Below, one piece after another: positions 23,721-37,048 of a stretch of 64,000 nucleotides of DNA. A model generated the notes under the pieces. The model made no database searches. It saw only the letters and a program-made list of their open reading frames with translations, and was not told the origin of the DNA. The stretch spans positions 14,756,001 to 14,820,000 of the forward strand of contig NC_135893.1 in NCBI RefSeq assembly GCF_964194155.1. Direction: 5' to 3'. Both the position numbers and the translations under genes were made by a program. This stretch comes from Cetorhinus maximus (Eukaryota). Position 1 is the stretch's first letter. The number at the start of each line of letters is the position of its first letter.

Positions 23721-23871
23721 CAGCAAGCTAAAAGCAAAATATTATGGATGCTAGAAATCTGAAATAAAAACAGATTTGAAGAAGGGTCATACCAACTCAA
23801 TGTTAACTCTGTTTCTCTCACCCCAGACACTGTCAGACCTGCTTAGTTTTTCCAGCATTTTCTGTTTTTAT
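23721..23871 (+). mobile_element. Penelope-like terminal-repeat insertion (family 2) with 5' inversion and 13-bp TSD
   Basis: TSD tccagtggaataa at 23708-23720 and 23872-23884. About 23730-23774 is opposite in orientation to 23775-23871, which contains a decayed hammerhead (ttgaagaagggtc...tgttaactct). Confidence 0.8.
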
Positions 23872-24120
23872 TCCAGTGGAATAAAATAATAACTTTGCAT
23901 TCTGGGTTTTGAATTTCTGCAAAAAAGTCAAAGGGTGTGGTCAGCATAGACTGTGGTGTCTTCGTGTCCATCTCATATATATATATATCTCAAAGGTTTG
24001 AGAGCCAGTATGAAACCTAGGGTTTCTTTTTCTACTGTGGAATACCATTTCTGATGTTTGTTCAGTGTTTTTGGAGAAATATCTGATTGGTCTCTATTCC
24101 TGATTCATCCTGAGGTCAAC

Positions 24121-24740
24121 ACAAAAACAAAAAATGCTGGAAAAACTCAGCAGGTCTGACAGCATCTGTGGAGAGAAAGACAGAATTAACGTTTTGAGTC
24201 CATATGACTTCTTCAGAGCTGAAGGGAAGTAGAAATGTGGTGATATATATACTGTTTAAGGGGGTGCAGAACAGGTGAACCTGGATAGAAGGCCAGTGGT
24301 AGGTGGAGGCAAAGATGTCATAAACAAAATGTCAAAGGGTTGTTATTAGTGGTGGTTCTGGCTAAAGGACGTGCTAATGGTGACATTAAGAGTGGAAAGC
24401 AGAATGTGATAATGGCTGGACCAGGGTAAGCATTCTGGAAAGTGACAGATGGCCCTAATGGGGGTGGGGTGGGGGGAGGGGACGGTGGTGGGAAAAAAGA
24501 TCGAAAAGGCTAAAAGTTGGGGATAAAACAATGAATAAAGTGGAAATAAATTTTAAAAATAATAATAATGAAAATGTGGGGGGGGGAAATAATAAATACA
24601 TAAAAATTTAAAAATTAAAAATGAATAAGAAAAAAGGGGCGGGATCAGAAAGGGGTGGGGATGGAGGAGAGAGTTCATGGTCTGAAGTTGTTGAACTCGA
24701 TGTTAAGTCTGGAAGGCTGTGAAGTGGCTAATCAGAAGAT
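24121..24740 (-). mobile_element. Penelope-like element 3' end (GIY-YIG C-terminus and terminal repeat, family 2)
   Basis: Minus strand IF*LATSQPSRLNIEFNNFRP*. Hammerhead-like ctgaaga-agtc atatg gact-caaaacgtt at 24181-24220. Confidence 0.85.
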
Positions 24741-27319
24741 TTTGCTTTTATCTACCCTGAGGTCATTAGCATCGATGGCTAATTTGAATGCTTGGTTAGA
24801 GTCTGGAGCTTTTAGCACTGGATCGTTTACTAAGGTGGCTCTCAGCTTCTTGAAACCTTTCTGAAATCTCTTGGTCCATACTACTTCTGCATTTTTCTGT
24901 AGTAGGTCTGCCAACGGGGCAACTACAGTGCTGAAGTGCGGGTCGAACTTGCGGTAAAAGCCATGCATTCCTAAAAATCTCATGATTTCCCGTTTTGTTG
25001 TGGGAATGGGAAACTCTACCACTGCTTATATCTTTCTAGCTCCTTAGTACTTGTCCTTGATCCACAGTGTGTCCAGGTAGGTCACCTGAGTTTTAGTGTA
25101 CTCCCTGTTTGTGAGATTGACCATGAGGTCAACTGACCATAATTTCTGGAACAGGGCTTCCAATTGCTGTAACTGTGTTTCCCAGGTGTCACTGTACACT
25201 AGGAGGTTGTCTAGGTACGTTACAAAATTGGATAAGCCCGCCACTACCTGGTTCGTCAATCTTTGAAAGGTGGCTGGCATTTGAGTCCAAATGGCATGAC
25301 TCGAAACTGATATAACCCATCTGGAATCATGAAGATGGAGATTTCTTTTGTGCTGGCGGTCAAGGAAACCTGCGAATATCTCTTGAGTAAATCTATCTTT
25401 GTAATGAAAGTTGCGATGCCTATCCTATCTGTGCAATCTTGCAGGCAGAAATCGGGTAGGTGTTGGCTACGGTCACTGCATTAACCTTGCAGTAGTCAAT
25501 GCAAAACTTTGTGGAGCCATCTGGCTTGGGCATGAGCGCAACTGGGGAGCTCCAGCTACTGCTGCTAGGCTCTATTAGTTAATCTCCTCCTGAATCTAGA
25601 CCTAATGGTAAGGATGTTGCCTTATGGGAAGCCCTCTCCCACATTCACATCATGTGGAGCTAAAGTGGTGCATCCTGGCTTGTCTCTACATATGCCGTCA
25701 TATGCAGTGAGCATCCTTGTCAGCTCTCCTCGCTATTCTGCATTTAGGTGGGTGAATATAGTGTCCAATTTCACTAGAACTCCTGTGTTTGCTAGCTGGA
25801 CAAAGTGGGTCTCACACACACCTCCCTTCGATTCATCCTCACGGTTTCTCTTGTTCTCCAGGTCTGTTGTTATTGGGCTAACCATGACCTGCTTACCCCT
25901 CCTTACCTGTGATATTGTTTTATCATGTCAACATGACACAGCCTTTGCTTTTTCCTGCTTTTACCTCCCCAAGCTTCTTTGCTATTCTGTACAGGCTACT
26001 GGTCCAGGCTTTTAGGTGTTTACACAGTATTGGTAGGAGCACTAGCATGTAGTCTCGTGGCTGAAAGGCTCAGGTCCTGGCATGTTTGCCTGTTTTTTCA
26101 TAGCTGTTTGGGAGATCTTGAAGTGTTCTTGAGCTGTTTAAATTTAAACCCTCGTTCCTTTTTCTCTTTCCTGGAATTGTGTCTCCTACTTCTGTTCCTG
26201 TCTCTCTTTTTCCATTTCCTCAAATTCCAGTTTCAATTTCCATTGCTCCAATATTAATTTCTCTGCCACTAATTTATCTGTTTCAGTGTTCTCAATTTCC
26301 ACCTCTAAATGTTTTGCCACCCGTTTTAAAATTTCTGTTTTTCTGGCTTTTGGGTGGAACTCCACCTCTAAGTGCCTAGCTATACCTTTTAATTCTTCCA
26401 AGGACCGTGTCCTCAACTTCCAGGCATCTTTTTCTATGAAAGCGTTGACATCATGTAATTCCTTTCCAGCCATCTTTGTGGTCTTGTAGGCGAGACTCCT
26501 AAGTTTGTTTTGGCAGTTTTATGCTGCGGGCTGATGTCTACTTGGAATAACAGGATAAAACATGAATGCTGGAAATTTGATTCTAGAATGATACAGCCAG
26601 TTAAATCAGCATTTGAAAGGAAAGGAGGTTAATGTACTGGTCATTAGAACTGTTGACTTTCATTCTGAAATAGGGCTATGCTGCAGGTGTTAATCTTTTT
26701 TTTTCTTTGCATGTTGATTTATCTGCTATATATTTCAAAATTTTCAATTATGTGTCTGTTAGTAACTAACTGCCCAAAATTCCTTTGCTTACTATCTTTA
26801 CACCGGGCAGAGATACAGTTTAACCCATCAGTCTGCACTCTTTGTTAAAAGATGATGAAAGGAAAGTGTTTAGTTTGGTATTCTGTCATATCTTACTACT
26901 TTAAACGTTGTTTTGTGAAAGATTAATTGAAACCTAAGTTAGTTTACTGAATGGTTTGAAAATTTGCCAGTAGTGGATGCAAGTTCTCTGCACTTTGTGG
27001 TTTCTGTAGGTTCCTCTGACTTATATGGTCATCACTCGCAATGGTTTCACAATGGCTTGAGGTACAATATATAGTGCCCATTGTGTAGCCCCTCACTATC
27101 ATAATAGCAATTATTCCTTTAATGTAGTTTGTGTATGAGATGTGTGTGGGCTTTTGTATTAAGTGCTTAACTAATCAATCATGTGCCATAACAGCTAATG
27201 CTTTTGAAAGATTGTCACAGTGGAAGTGTTTAGACAGTGGCTGGTTCCACAATTTCAAATGCCTGTTGTCTGTTTTACAAGAGCTTACATTATAAGATAT
27301 TGAGCATTTAATCAAGTCT

Positions 27320-29200
27320 GATATCAATTAGTGAAATAGTGGTTTGATTGCAGAAGTTTTTATTATTTATCAACAGAAGTTTGAACATGCCTGCAATCCT
27401 TGCATGGGGACTTCTGGTAGAGGTGGGGGTGGTGGTGGGCAGCACATCTTTGGAGTACCTCCAGGGTACGATGCCCGTATTTTGGAAGTTATGGGCCAAC
27501 ATCTCTGCTTCTCAATTCTGTACCCCTAGAAATTAGCCCCGTTGCATTGCTTGCTATTTTTAACTTGCATTGCTGCTTTTAGTGGCTTGCAGATCTGTAC
27601 TTCAAAATTCCTCTGATCGTCCACCTACCTGGATACCAATTTTCAAAGGAGTATGTGGCCTCCTTATTCTTTCTATTAAAATTTACTATCTCACACTTGC
27701 CTATGTTGAATTTCCTTCGTCAATTACATGCCCATTCAACAAGTTTTTAATACCTTTCTATATTTTGTTGCAGCCCCCCTCAGTATTAATTGCACCCTCA
27801 ATTTGGTGTTATCTGCAAATTTTGATTTTGATTCCTGAGTTCAATTCGTTTATGTAAATTATGAACAACAGTGGTCCCAGCTCTGATCCTGGTGGAACAC
27901 CATTTCCCACCTTGTGCTAGCCTGAGTAATTAATCTTTACTCTGTTTTCTGTTATGTAGCCAGCTTGATACATGACACTTGATTCTTGACCTTAAATCAT
28001 GAATCTGCTATCAAACCTCATTAAAGACATTTTGAAATCCAAATATATCATGTCTCATGCGTTACCCTTTATGCCCTTTCTGTTACTTCTCAAAAAGTCA
28101 GAGATTGAAATCTGTGCTATCATTATATTTTCAATTTTTAAATATTTTTCTATTAACATCCTTGGGTAAGAATTCTATTTTCTTTTCCTACCAACAGCAT
28201 TAAGCCAATTGGTCTGTAGTTCCTGGACTTGTTATCCTTCCAATTTTAATTACAGCAATAACTAAAGCCTCAAGATGCACCAGTTTACTGTACTTTACAA
28301 AAGTAATATTTATATTGAGTACTTTTTTATATAAAAAGTGTGCAATAATATCTGGCACTATTCCTGGTACTATTGCCTCTGTTATCTCTTTCTTAATTTG
28401 TTTTAATATGTGCAGGTGAAATCCATTGGCCCAGAGGTTTTATCTTCTCTAAGCTTGATTAGTTGATCGGTTATCTCCCTTTTCTATCTTAAATAGGAAC
28501 ATAGGAAATAGGAGCAGGAATAGGCCCTCAAGGTTGCTCTGCCATTCAACAAGATCATGACTGATCTTCTACCTCAGCACCATTTTCTTGCACAATCTTT
28601 GATCTCTTCTATTGTCATGTTCACTGTGTTAGTGTCCTCACCGTGTTAGTGTCCCTGGTAAATATTAAGCAAAGTAACTAACTATTCAATATTTTTGGCA
28701 TTTTGCTGTCATTATCCATGAGTTAAGATTCCTTCGTGGTCCTACCTCATCTTGCTTTTTTTCTTTTATGTGTATTTTTGAATACTTTTAATATCTTTAT
28801 ATTCTTTATAATTTAATTTTGTAATTCCCCCTTGTTTTCCTAATTGTGTTTTGAGCTATTTCCTGATCGTTTCATATTCCCTTTGTCATAATCTATGTAC
28901 TTACTGTGTGCCTTTTACTTCAGTTCCAATTTTGCCCTTATTTTTTTTTTCATCCATGGTCTATCATTTGTGGTTCGTTTGTTCATGCTTTTTAGTGTGA
29001 CATATTTTTTCATCCTATCTCTCTTGATCACTATTTAAATGTTTTCCACTGCTGTTTTATTTTGTATCAATTTTCCAGTTGATTTTCCCTTTATCTATAC
29101 TCATCCATATAAAATCAGGTTTTTTTTCCATTTGTTAGTTTGGTCTCTGTTTGTCTTATGTCCTTCTCGACATTGTCTTTTCTATGATTTAATGCCTTCA
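27320..29200 (-). mobile_element. Very old CR1 remnant
   Basis: Antisense RT motifs aacaacagtggtcccagctctgatcctggtggaacacca and ggtctgtagttcctggacttg. Confidence 0.7.
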
Positions 29201-29299
29201 TGGTTGAAGCCTCGGGATGCACCAGTTAGCTGTACTTTACTGAAGTAATATTTATACTGAGTATTTTTTTTTTAAAAAGACGTGCTTTGGTACTTAGTT

Positions 29300-30462
29300 C
29301 ACCAACGTTAAATCATAAACTCTGCCTCCATTTTGTTTCGTGTTTCTTTGCTGTTTTGTTTTATTTTCTCTCTCATTTCCTTTGCTTTCGGGTGGCTTCG
29401 ATTCTGCCATTCACACCTCCTGTAGACACATCTTTAATTTCTTTACTTGTCCTATTAACACCCTCTTTGGCCTTGCACTATGAAACTTTTTGTCATTTAA
29501 TCTCTCCACCCTATCACTGGTCTTCTTCCCACCATCCTCCCTTGACTTGCTCAAAACCTATTAGAATTCTAACCTTTCCCAATTTTGATGTAAAGTCATA
29601 GGCCCAAAGCATTGGACGCAATCTTGTTGTGGTGTCACCTGCTGGCTGGAGAACCGGCGAAAGTCCTGCGCTGCCTCTTTTTGAGAAGGCCTGCTGGATC
29701 AGATGCCAGTCAGGCAGTGATGAGGCCAGCAGCAGGCCTTCTCTTGGAATCAAGACCCCAGGAGTGCAGGTCTTGCCTACCTAAAGCTTCTGGCCAATTA
29801 GTGGCCTGCAGCTCTTGTGCTCAACTGCGCCACTGGGAAGACTGTGGCTGTTGCTGGAACAACAGGCATTGGAATCCCAGGGTTGCAGAGTAACACCAGC
29901 CACAGGTAAGTATTGTTGGGGGGGCAGGTGGGGGATGCGGAGAGAGGGCTGCAGAGAGTCCGCAGCTAGGGCAGCGGGGTGGCTCTCAGCGGGTTCCCCC
30001 TTTACGTTGTTCAGTCCCTTGATCAGGCACCAAGTGCCTTGGATCGAGGGACACACCACCCCCCACTGGCCCTGGAGGTGAGAAGCTGGCCACAAAGTTT
30101 TACCTATTATGCATGCTGAATGGTGACATGCCCGTCTGTGGCTGAGTTAACACCAGCGCCGGTGGGATGAGGTCCTTAAATGGTTATTAAGTGGCCACTT
30201 AAGGGCCTTAATTGGCGGCAGGGCAGGAAGGTTGACCATGGGCATTTCTGCCCAGAACTTAATTCTGGCGGCGGTGAGGTTCCAGTACACTGCCATCCCT
30301 GCTCAGTAAAGGTCCTTCCCGCCTCCAAGCTCACCACCATGAGAGCACAAGATTATGGCTGTTAACTGTTTCTCGCTCCACAAATGCTGCAGGACCTACT
30401 GAGTATTTTTAGCATTTTCTGTTTTTATTTCAGATTTCCAGCATCCACAGTATTTTGCTTGT
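29300..30462 (+). mobile_element. Penelope-like terminal repeat (family 2), split by a MITE
   Basis: 29300-29613 joined to 30361-30462 restores ...ttgatgtaaagtcataggcccaaagc|gttaactgtttctc...gacctactgagtatttttagcattttctgtttttatttcagatttccagcatc. Confidence 0.75.
29614..30360. mobile_element. GC-rich MITE (Harbinger-like, 3-bp TSD)
   Basis: Imperfect TIR ggacgcaatctt/aagattatggct; flanks att/gtt; cleanly interrupts the host repeat. Confidence 0.65.
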
Positions 30463-32169
30463 GTTTGCTTGTATATGTATTGGCGAATGAGAGAAAAAAG
30501 TTACATTAATCACACATATAGTGTTCTATAAACAGTGTATCCAAACAGAGAAGGTGGAGGAGAGACTTAAGATAGCAAAAAGTTGCATTCTGAAATCACC
30601 TGATTATGCCACTTTTTTTTGGTTGACAGAGAAAAAAAATCAATGCTTATCACATACACCAGTGAGGCAAGGTTCTAATCTATAACATCAGACAAGAGAG
30701 AAGGGCAGATAAGAGAAAGATCTCTTTGCAATTTGGCTTCTCTCTTTAAAAGGTTTAGTCTTAAAATAAAGGAGATAGATGAGGGAGCGGAACTACTCGA
30801 GGCTGAGGATTCCTCTTGGCGGCTACAGTTGAGAAGGAGTGAGTGGGTATGGTGGAGAATGGCTGGTGGATTAATTGTAAATTGAGTTTCAGTGGTGCAA
30901 AGGAGAGGGGAACTCATGGGTTGAGTGGGACGTCAAAGAGAGAGAATTTGGAAATTGTTAATTAATATGATGATTAAAGGCTATGGGAGATGATTTGAGT
31001 GGGAAAGCGAGGCCACTAAGGGCCTTATGTCACATTCCCAGTCTAAAAGCAGCCCTCAGCAATTAATGGTTCTTTTCATTACCACACCACTCCTACCTAC
31101 ACATCATCTCCATCCAAAGGTAAAGATGACAGAGAAAAGGACAGAGAGCAGCCAAAAGAGCTGCTAAAGGGTAGAGAAGTACCAGAGAATAACAAATAGA
31201 GAGACAGAAGCAAAAAATGAGAAACAGATAATCAACAACACAGAATTAAAGGTGGGCGAAGGGGTATCCTTGTTCTCTGACAGTGTGTGCAATGCCATAG
31301 GAGAGCACCTACTAAGGAATTGCTCTCCATGTAGGTTTGGTAACAGTTTGGAATATGTTGAATATGTTTAAAAGTTATAACACATGTTGTTGATTGGAAT
31401 TACTTAAGATTTAGGATGTAATTTGAACTCCTTGATTTCCCTGGTAAGCATGCCCAATCTGTTTATCTCATTTTACCTTACATTTACTGTACTATGTGGA
31501 ATATTTCTTGTATTAGAGGAAACTGCATGTAATAACACTATCCCTGAGGTCAGATAATCACAAACGTGTCATAATTTAACAACCTTTTTATAATTCTCCA
31601 GTGGTAACCTAACCACAACTGCTAATGTTGTTCTGCAATTAATTCATAAGTTCATATACTTCTACTCATTCATGTTTTCATTTTTTTCTCTTTGCCATTT
31701 GACTCCCCCGTGTTGTCTTGTTGTTTCCCTCACCCATTATGGCACAGCTGTTTTGCAGCAGCTTTCCCAGGATGCAATGGTGAAATTACAAGATTGTTGT
31801 GTGGGGAATGAACTACTTAACTTGGCACAACAATGTGTTTAATCACCATCCAGCTCACATTTTGACTTTGTTACCATAGGTGATCAAATTCAGTTTGGAT
31901 TAAAGCTGCAGGATAATTTTCGAAAACATTTTTGTAATATTTCTATATGTAACTTATTTTAAAATGTTGGGTGGGGGCATATTGCTTCAATGTAGCAGAA
32001 TATTATGTTGTAGACATGGATGTAAGTTCATGATTCTACCATGCGTTGAATTTCTTAATCTACATAGAGTTACTGGAGAGTGCAGAGCAGAGGCACTTTG
32101 CTTCCCAATGTAAAAAAAATCAAAGATGAGAAGGCTAGTGCTCCAAACCTAAAGAGGTCAGTAAGGGGC

Positions 32170-33704
32170 GCATGGTCAGGAGAGTATACCTGAGTGAGAC
32201 ATAGACTGAGTGAGTAGTGAATTAGGTTCATGTGGGAATTCGGTGCACAGGAGAAAGAGGTGCTTTAAGTGAGGTTTATTGCAACAAGTAAAGTGTGTTA
32301 AGTATTAGTCTGATTTATCAGTACTAAAGTTTATCAGTAGTTGTAAGGTTTATTAAGTTAAGGCCAAGTAAAATTAATTTAATATAACTAAATCAACATA
32401 AAATAAAGTTAGCGTAAGTAAAGTAAAGGCATGGCAGGGCAGCTCGGTCATGTGGGATGCATATCCTGTAGTATGTGGGAAGTTGTGGATGCTACCAGTG
32501 ACCTAGATGTGCAGGAAGTACTCCCAGCTGCAGAAACTTGAGCTCAGGGTTTTGGAGCTGGAGTGGTGGCTGGAGTCACTGTGGCACATCTGCGAGGCTG
32601 AGAGCTATGTGGATAGCACGTTCAGACAGTTGGTCACACCACAGGCTAGGAGCATGGAGGCAGAAAAGGGAATGGGTGACTGCCAGGCAGTCCAAGAGAA
32701 CCAGGCAGGTAGTGCCGGAGTCCCTTGTGGTCCCACTTGCTAATTGGTTTTCCGTTTTGGATACTGGTGAGGGCATTTGATCCTCACAGTAGTGCAGCCA
32801 CAGCCAAGTTCGTGGCACCATGGGCAGGTCAGCTGTACAGGAGGGGAAGAGGAGTACTGATAGGGAATTCGTTAGTTAGAGGAACAGGCAGACGTTTCTG
32901 TGGCCTAGACGTGTCTTCAGGATGGTATATTGCCTCCCTAGTGCCAGGGTCGAGGATGTCACGGAGTGGCTGCAGAACATTCTTTGGGGGGAAAGTCAGT
33001 ACCACGTCAGTACCAATGACTTGGGTAGGAACGGAGTTGAGGTCCTGAAAGCAGATTTCAGGGATATAGGAAGGAGATTGAAAAGCAGGGCCTCTAAAGT
33101 AATCTCAGGATTACTTCCAGACCCACGTGCTAGTGAGCATAGAAATAGGAAAATTGAGTGGCTGAACACGTGGCTGGAGAACTGGTGCAGGAGGGAGTTC
33201 ATCAGATTTCTGAGACACTGGGACCTGTTCTGTTAAAGATGGACGGACTGCATCTTAGCAGGACCAGGACTAACATCCTTGCGGGGAGTTTCACTAGTGC
33301 TTTTGGGGAGGGTTTAAACTAGATTGGCAGGGGGGTGGGAACCTGAGAGGGAGCTCAGATTTGAGGGAAGCAAAATTGGTAAAAGAAAGTAGAAAGCGAA
33401 AATAGAAGACAGACCAAACATAGGCAAGCATCAAATAGGATCAGAATAGAGAATAATGTTAAAAAAGCAGAATTAAAGGCACTCTATATGAATGCACGTA
33501 GCAGTCGCAAAAATGTTGTTGATCTGAATGCACAAATTGAGGTAAATGGGGTAATTGGCATTATGGAGACATGGCGACAGGGTGACCAAGATTGGGAACT
33601 GAATATCCAAGGATATTCAGCATTTAGGAGGGGTAGTCAAAAAGGAAAAGGGGGTGGGATAGCACTCTTAATAACAGACGAGATCAGTACATTGGTCGTT
33701 TGGT
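32170..33704 (+). mobile_element. CR1 5' part: 5' UTR, ORF1 (zinc finger and esterase) and start of ORF2 endonuclease
   Basis: CISCSMWE..CRKYSQLQKLELRV, LIGNSLVRGTGRRFCG, HVSTNDLG and MNARSSRKNVVDL..GIMETW. Cut off by a Penelope-like insertion. Confidence 0.9.
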
Positions 33705-34030
33705 AGTACAGAACATGAGTATTGCTGAAAAAAGAGACTTTTTCATCAAAGCTTTTCGTCTTGCACTCGAGGACAATTCGCAAAAAAATACAAATGTCAG
33801 GGGAAACAACATTTATACTGTGTGAGAAGAGAGTGTTGATTGGTTGGCGAGTGAACTCTGGTAGAGGAGTTGCCATGGAAGATGCACAGTGGATGGTGAC
33901 TGACAAGTTAACTGCCAAACATTGTTTGAAATTTAATCCCGGCAGCTTGACTCTGGCCAAGACATTGCCCTGGGGAATGAACCAACGAATGGCTGACATT
34001 TATTTTGTTTAGCTGAAACAGGTACAATGT
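33705..34030 (-). mobile_element. Penelope-like terminal repeat (family 1) with decayed hammerhead
   Basis: Reverse complement of 4350-4640. Hammerhead region 33743-33778 reads ttgtc-ctcga-gtgcaagac-gaaa-agct-tt-gatga. Confidence 0.75.
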
Positions 34031-34494
34031 AGAATTTAAAGCTGAAAAGTATGTAGTTGTGTGTAGCAATAGAAGTCCCTGATTTTATTTGTGCAGTAAG
34101 GGAGATGGCAGCTATGATGTTCTGGCTGTATTGGGTAAAGAGGTTAGCTGTAGTAACATTGTATGAATAATTATAAAGTGATTACTTTTAACGGGGGTTA
34201 TGTCTAGCAGCAATAATCAGTTGCAGTAATTTGTTAACGTATTGGTTGGACTTTGGAACACGAAGCTTATACTTTTCAGTGGAAAACCAGCTTATCAGGC
34301 AAGTAAATGCGGGGAATTAGAGACTTAAAAAAAACCCTGCCAATATACTGAATTAAAAATAGGCAATAAATAATTGTTTCGAACATTTGCATGGCATGCT
34401 TGACTATATTTATATATGACCAGGAATGGACCAGTCACATAAAGAGAAATATGAAATTACTGAGGGCACTTGAAGTAACGTCATTTTTCTATTA

Positions 34495-34631
34495 CACAAA
34501 AGCAAAATGCTGCAGCTTTTAGAAATTTGAAATTAAAGACAGGAAATGCTGGAAATACTCAGCAGGTCTGGCAGCATATGTGGAGGGAGAAACGAAGCTA
34601 CTGTTTCAGGCTGACGACCTTTCATCAGACT
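34495..34631 (-). mobile_element. Penelope-like terminal repeat fragment (family 2)
   Basis: aaatgctggaaatactcagcaggtctggcagcat; the minus strand reads ctgatga-aaggtcgtcagcct-gaaa. Confidence 0.8.
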
Positions 34632-36119
34632 TCATTTTATTGAGCTTGATTAGCAAACTCTCAAATGGAAGCAACATAGTGGTGTTTACCAATTTGAAAG
34701 AAAACTTCACAGCAGATGGATTTTCCAGTGATGTTGCACAGCAAGGTCTCAGATTACCTCTGAAGCTGTTGCTTGGGATTTTATTAGGCCTGCAATCACA
34801 TGCTTTATTTTCGCCCCAGTATTGTGAATTTTATTTTCTTGTTCCTCCATTTATTCAAGATGGTTTTGTTGACAAAGAGAAAAACTTAATCTGTGAATCT
34901 TTAAAGCTCCCATTCATTTCAATGCTTTCAGTCACAACAACTCTAGGTTTCCAACCATCATAAGATCTTCAATTTTTAAGTCAACATTTATAGGAAAGCT
35001 CTTTCCCTGTAAGCAAGAAATTAGAGAAATCAGAATACAAAATGAGTGCTTTGTCTCCCACCTGTTAGGAACTTGATGGGCTTGAATTGTTCTCCTCATC
35101 TGTGGAAGAAAGATTTGAGATGGTGTAACACAACCTTCTGGACGAGGACACTTGACTGCGGTGCATTCTGAAAAATTCATTTATGCAATACTGTCAGGAG
35201 ATGGTTCACATGTTGCTTGGCAGTGACTTCCTTCAGCTGGTTCAACCAGGAGGTGTTCAGGTTTATTTTCACCCACTGCCATCCATTTCTGCTGCTAAGT
35301 GAAGCGACCAGCAGTTGAAATTTCTTTCCTTGAATCACCTGTCTGAAGCTGCCCATGTGATTTTTCAGGTGCACTTTCAAATTAGCAGCCCTTTACAATT
35401 CAGGCGTCTGCTGACCTGACTGTACAGGCTGAACTTTCACTGAGTCGGGATGACTTGGATAAAGAACCTTTATCTGGGGTTTCGATTTTCAGGAGTGACT
35501 GTTAAGGGTTTGGGTCAAAGGCTTGGCACCTTGCACTTCTCACCTGACTGGCCCCAATGCAGGGAAAGGCATGTCCTTGTCCTCTGCAGTTTTCATGGAG
35601 TTGGGCAAGGTTTGCAATGAGTAATGGTTCACGTCGCCTCAGAGGCATCGTGAACCATAGTCTGCATGAGGGGACTTTTTAAAAGGTAAGCTCAAAAGAT
35701 CATGATCCTTATACCAAGGTATGTCGCTCCACCTATATCCCATGGCCCCTAATGCTCCCTAAGCCATGCTGTGGCATCAACATGCCCATTGACACTATAT
35801 ACAGTATAGAACCAGTGAACCCCATAGTGGCAATAGAATCTGTGTATTAAAAAAAGTAATTCATTCATGACTTCCCGTTATGTTTAAAAAAAATCCTCCT
35901 TTTTAACGACAGGGCAATGAAAGTGTCAATCACTCAGATCCTTTAAAGTTTCAATAGGTGAAACTGCAAACATTTGAAACCTCTTAACCTTGTGAAATAA
36001 ACATTGTCCAATTGACAACAGAGATCAGAGAGCCAGAGATGTCAACAAGCAGTGTTTTCTCTGGGACTTGGATGTTTTAAAAGATGAATGGATGTCTGGG
36101 CTCTTAACCAAGAATTCAT

Positions 36120-36480
36120 AACCAGGCTTAATTTTAAAATTCACAACTTTGTTTTCAAATCCCTCCATAGCCTCACCCTTCCCTATTTGTATAATCTCCT
36201 CCAGCCTCTGAGATTTTTGTGCTTCTCTAATTTGGCCTCTTATACATCCCCAATTTAATTGCTCCACCGTTGGTGATCTGTACCTTCAGTTGCCTGAGCC
36301 CTAAGCTCTGGAATACCTTCCCTATACTTCTCTACTTCAGTTTCCTCCTACAGGTCACCTGTTACAACCTACCTAATATCTCTCTATGTGGCTTGGTTTT
36401 TTTCGAATGCTGCTATGAAGTGTCTCGGGACATTTCATTAAGCTAAAGGTGCTAAATAAATATAAGTTGTTGCTGAACTG
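36120..36480 (+). mobile_element. L2-like 3' remnant
   Basis: Typical tail aaaggtgctaaataaatataagttgttg; similar to 860-1050. Confidence 0.65.
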
Positions 36481-37048
36481 CTGGAACATGCTCTCAAAAT
36501 TACAGTTATAAAGTTTTGTGGGGCCAGGAGAAGCAGGAATGCTGACTCTTGGAAAAAAAAATGTGATCTGCTGTGGGTCACTAAATGAGCCCTCCCTTTA
36601 GGATGCCTTCTTCCCCTTTTAATTTCCATCTGGCTTGGTTTCCTCTATGGATCAGGTGGGGTTCCCATCTCCACTGCACCCCTCCCACCAAAATACTGAG
36701 CTGTCCATCAATACTCATTAATCACTCACCAGCTGACCAACCAAGTACAAATGAGGCAGAAGTTGAAAAAGGTTTGGATGTTACTGATATTGGCAGGTGA
36801 TGTGATAATTACAATCAGCACCCACCCATTCGGGCTGATGTTGAAATTTGTCCTGCTTATCATTTCCTCTTGCATAACATTTTAGAAGTTGAGCCAGCCA
36901 ACCAAATTGGCTCTAATGAAAGGCTGTTTACAGACAAAGACTTAAACAACATAGTGTCAGATCCAATTTGTGCATTGTTTCCTCCACAAAGACATCACAA
37001 TGTACTTCAGAAAGCAAATACACAGCCACTTTTAGCCCATAGCTTGAA

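Larger units (their letters stand above)
22727..26500 (-). mobile_element. Gypsy LTR retrotransposon remnant (gag N-terminus, RT, RNase H, putative 3' LTR), interrupted by Penelope insertions
   Basis: Minus strand: gag-like MAGKELHDV...LKGIARHL (26186-26473), PATFQRLTNQVV..YLDNLLVYS, RFLGMHGFYRKF and FKLAIDAND. The LTR-like end reads tgttacga at 22727 on the + strand; linking it to the same element is inferred. Confidence 0.8.

Noticed and set aside
26540-26760. Possible very old inverted Penelope terminal repeat
   Set aside because: Too degenerate (only aatgctggaaa and ggttaatgt are recognisable) to support a call.
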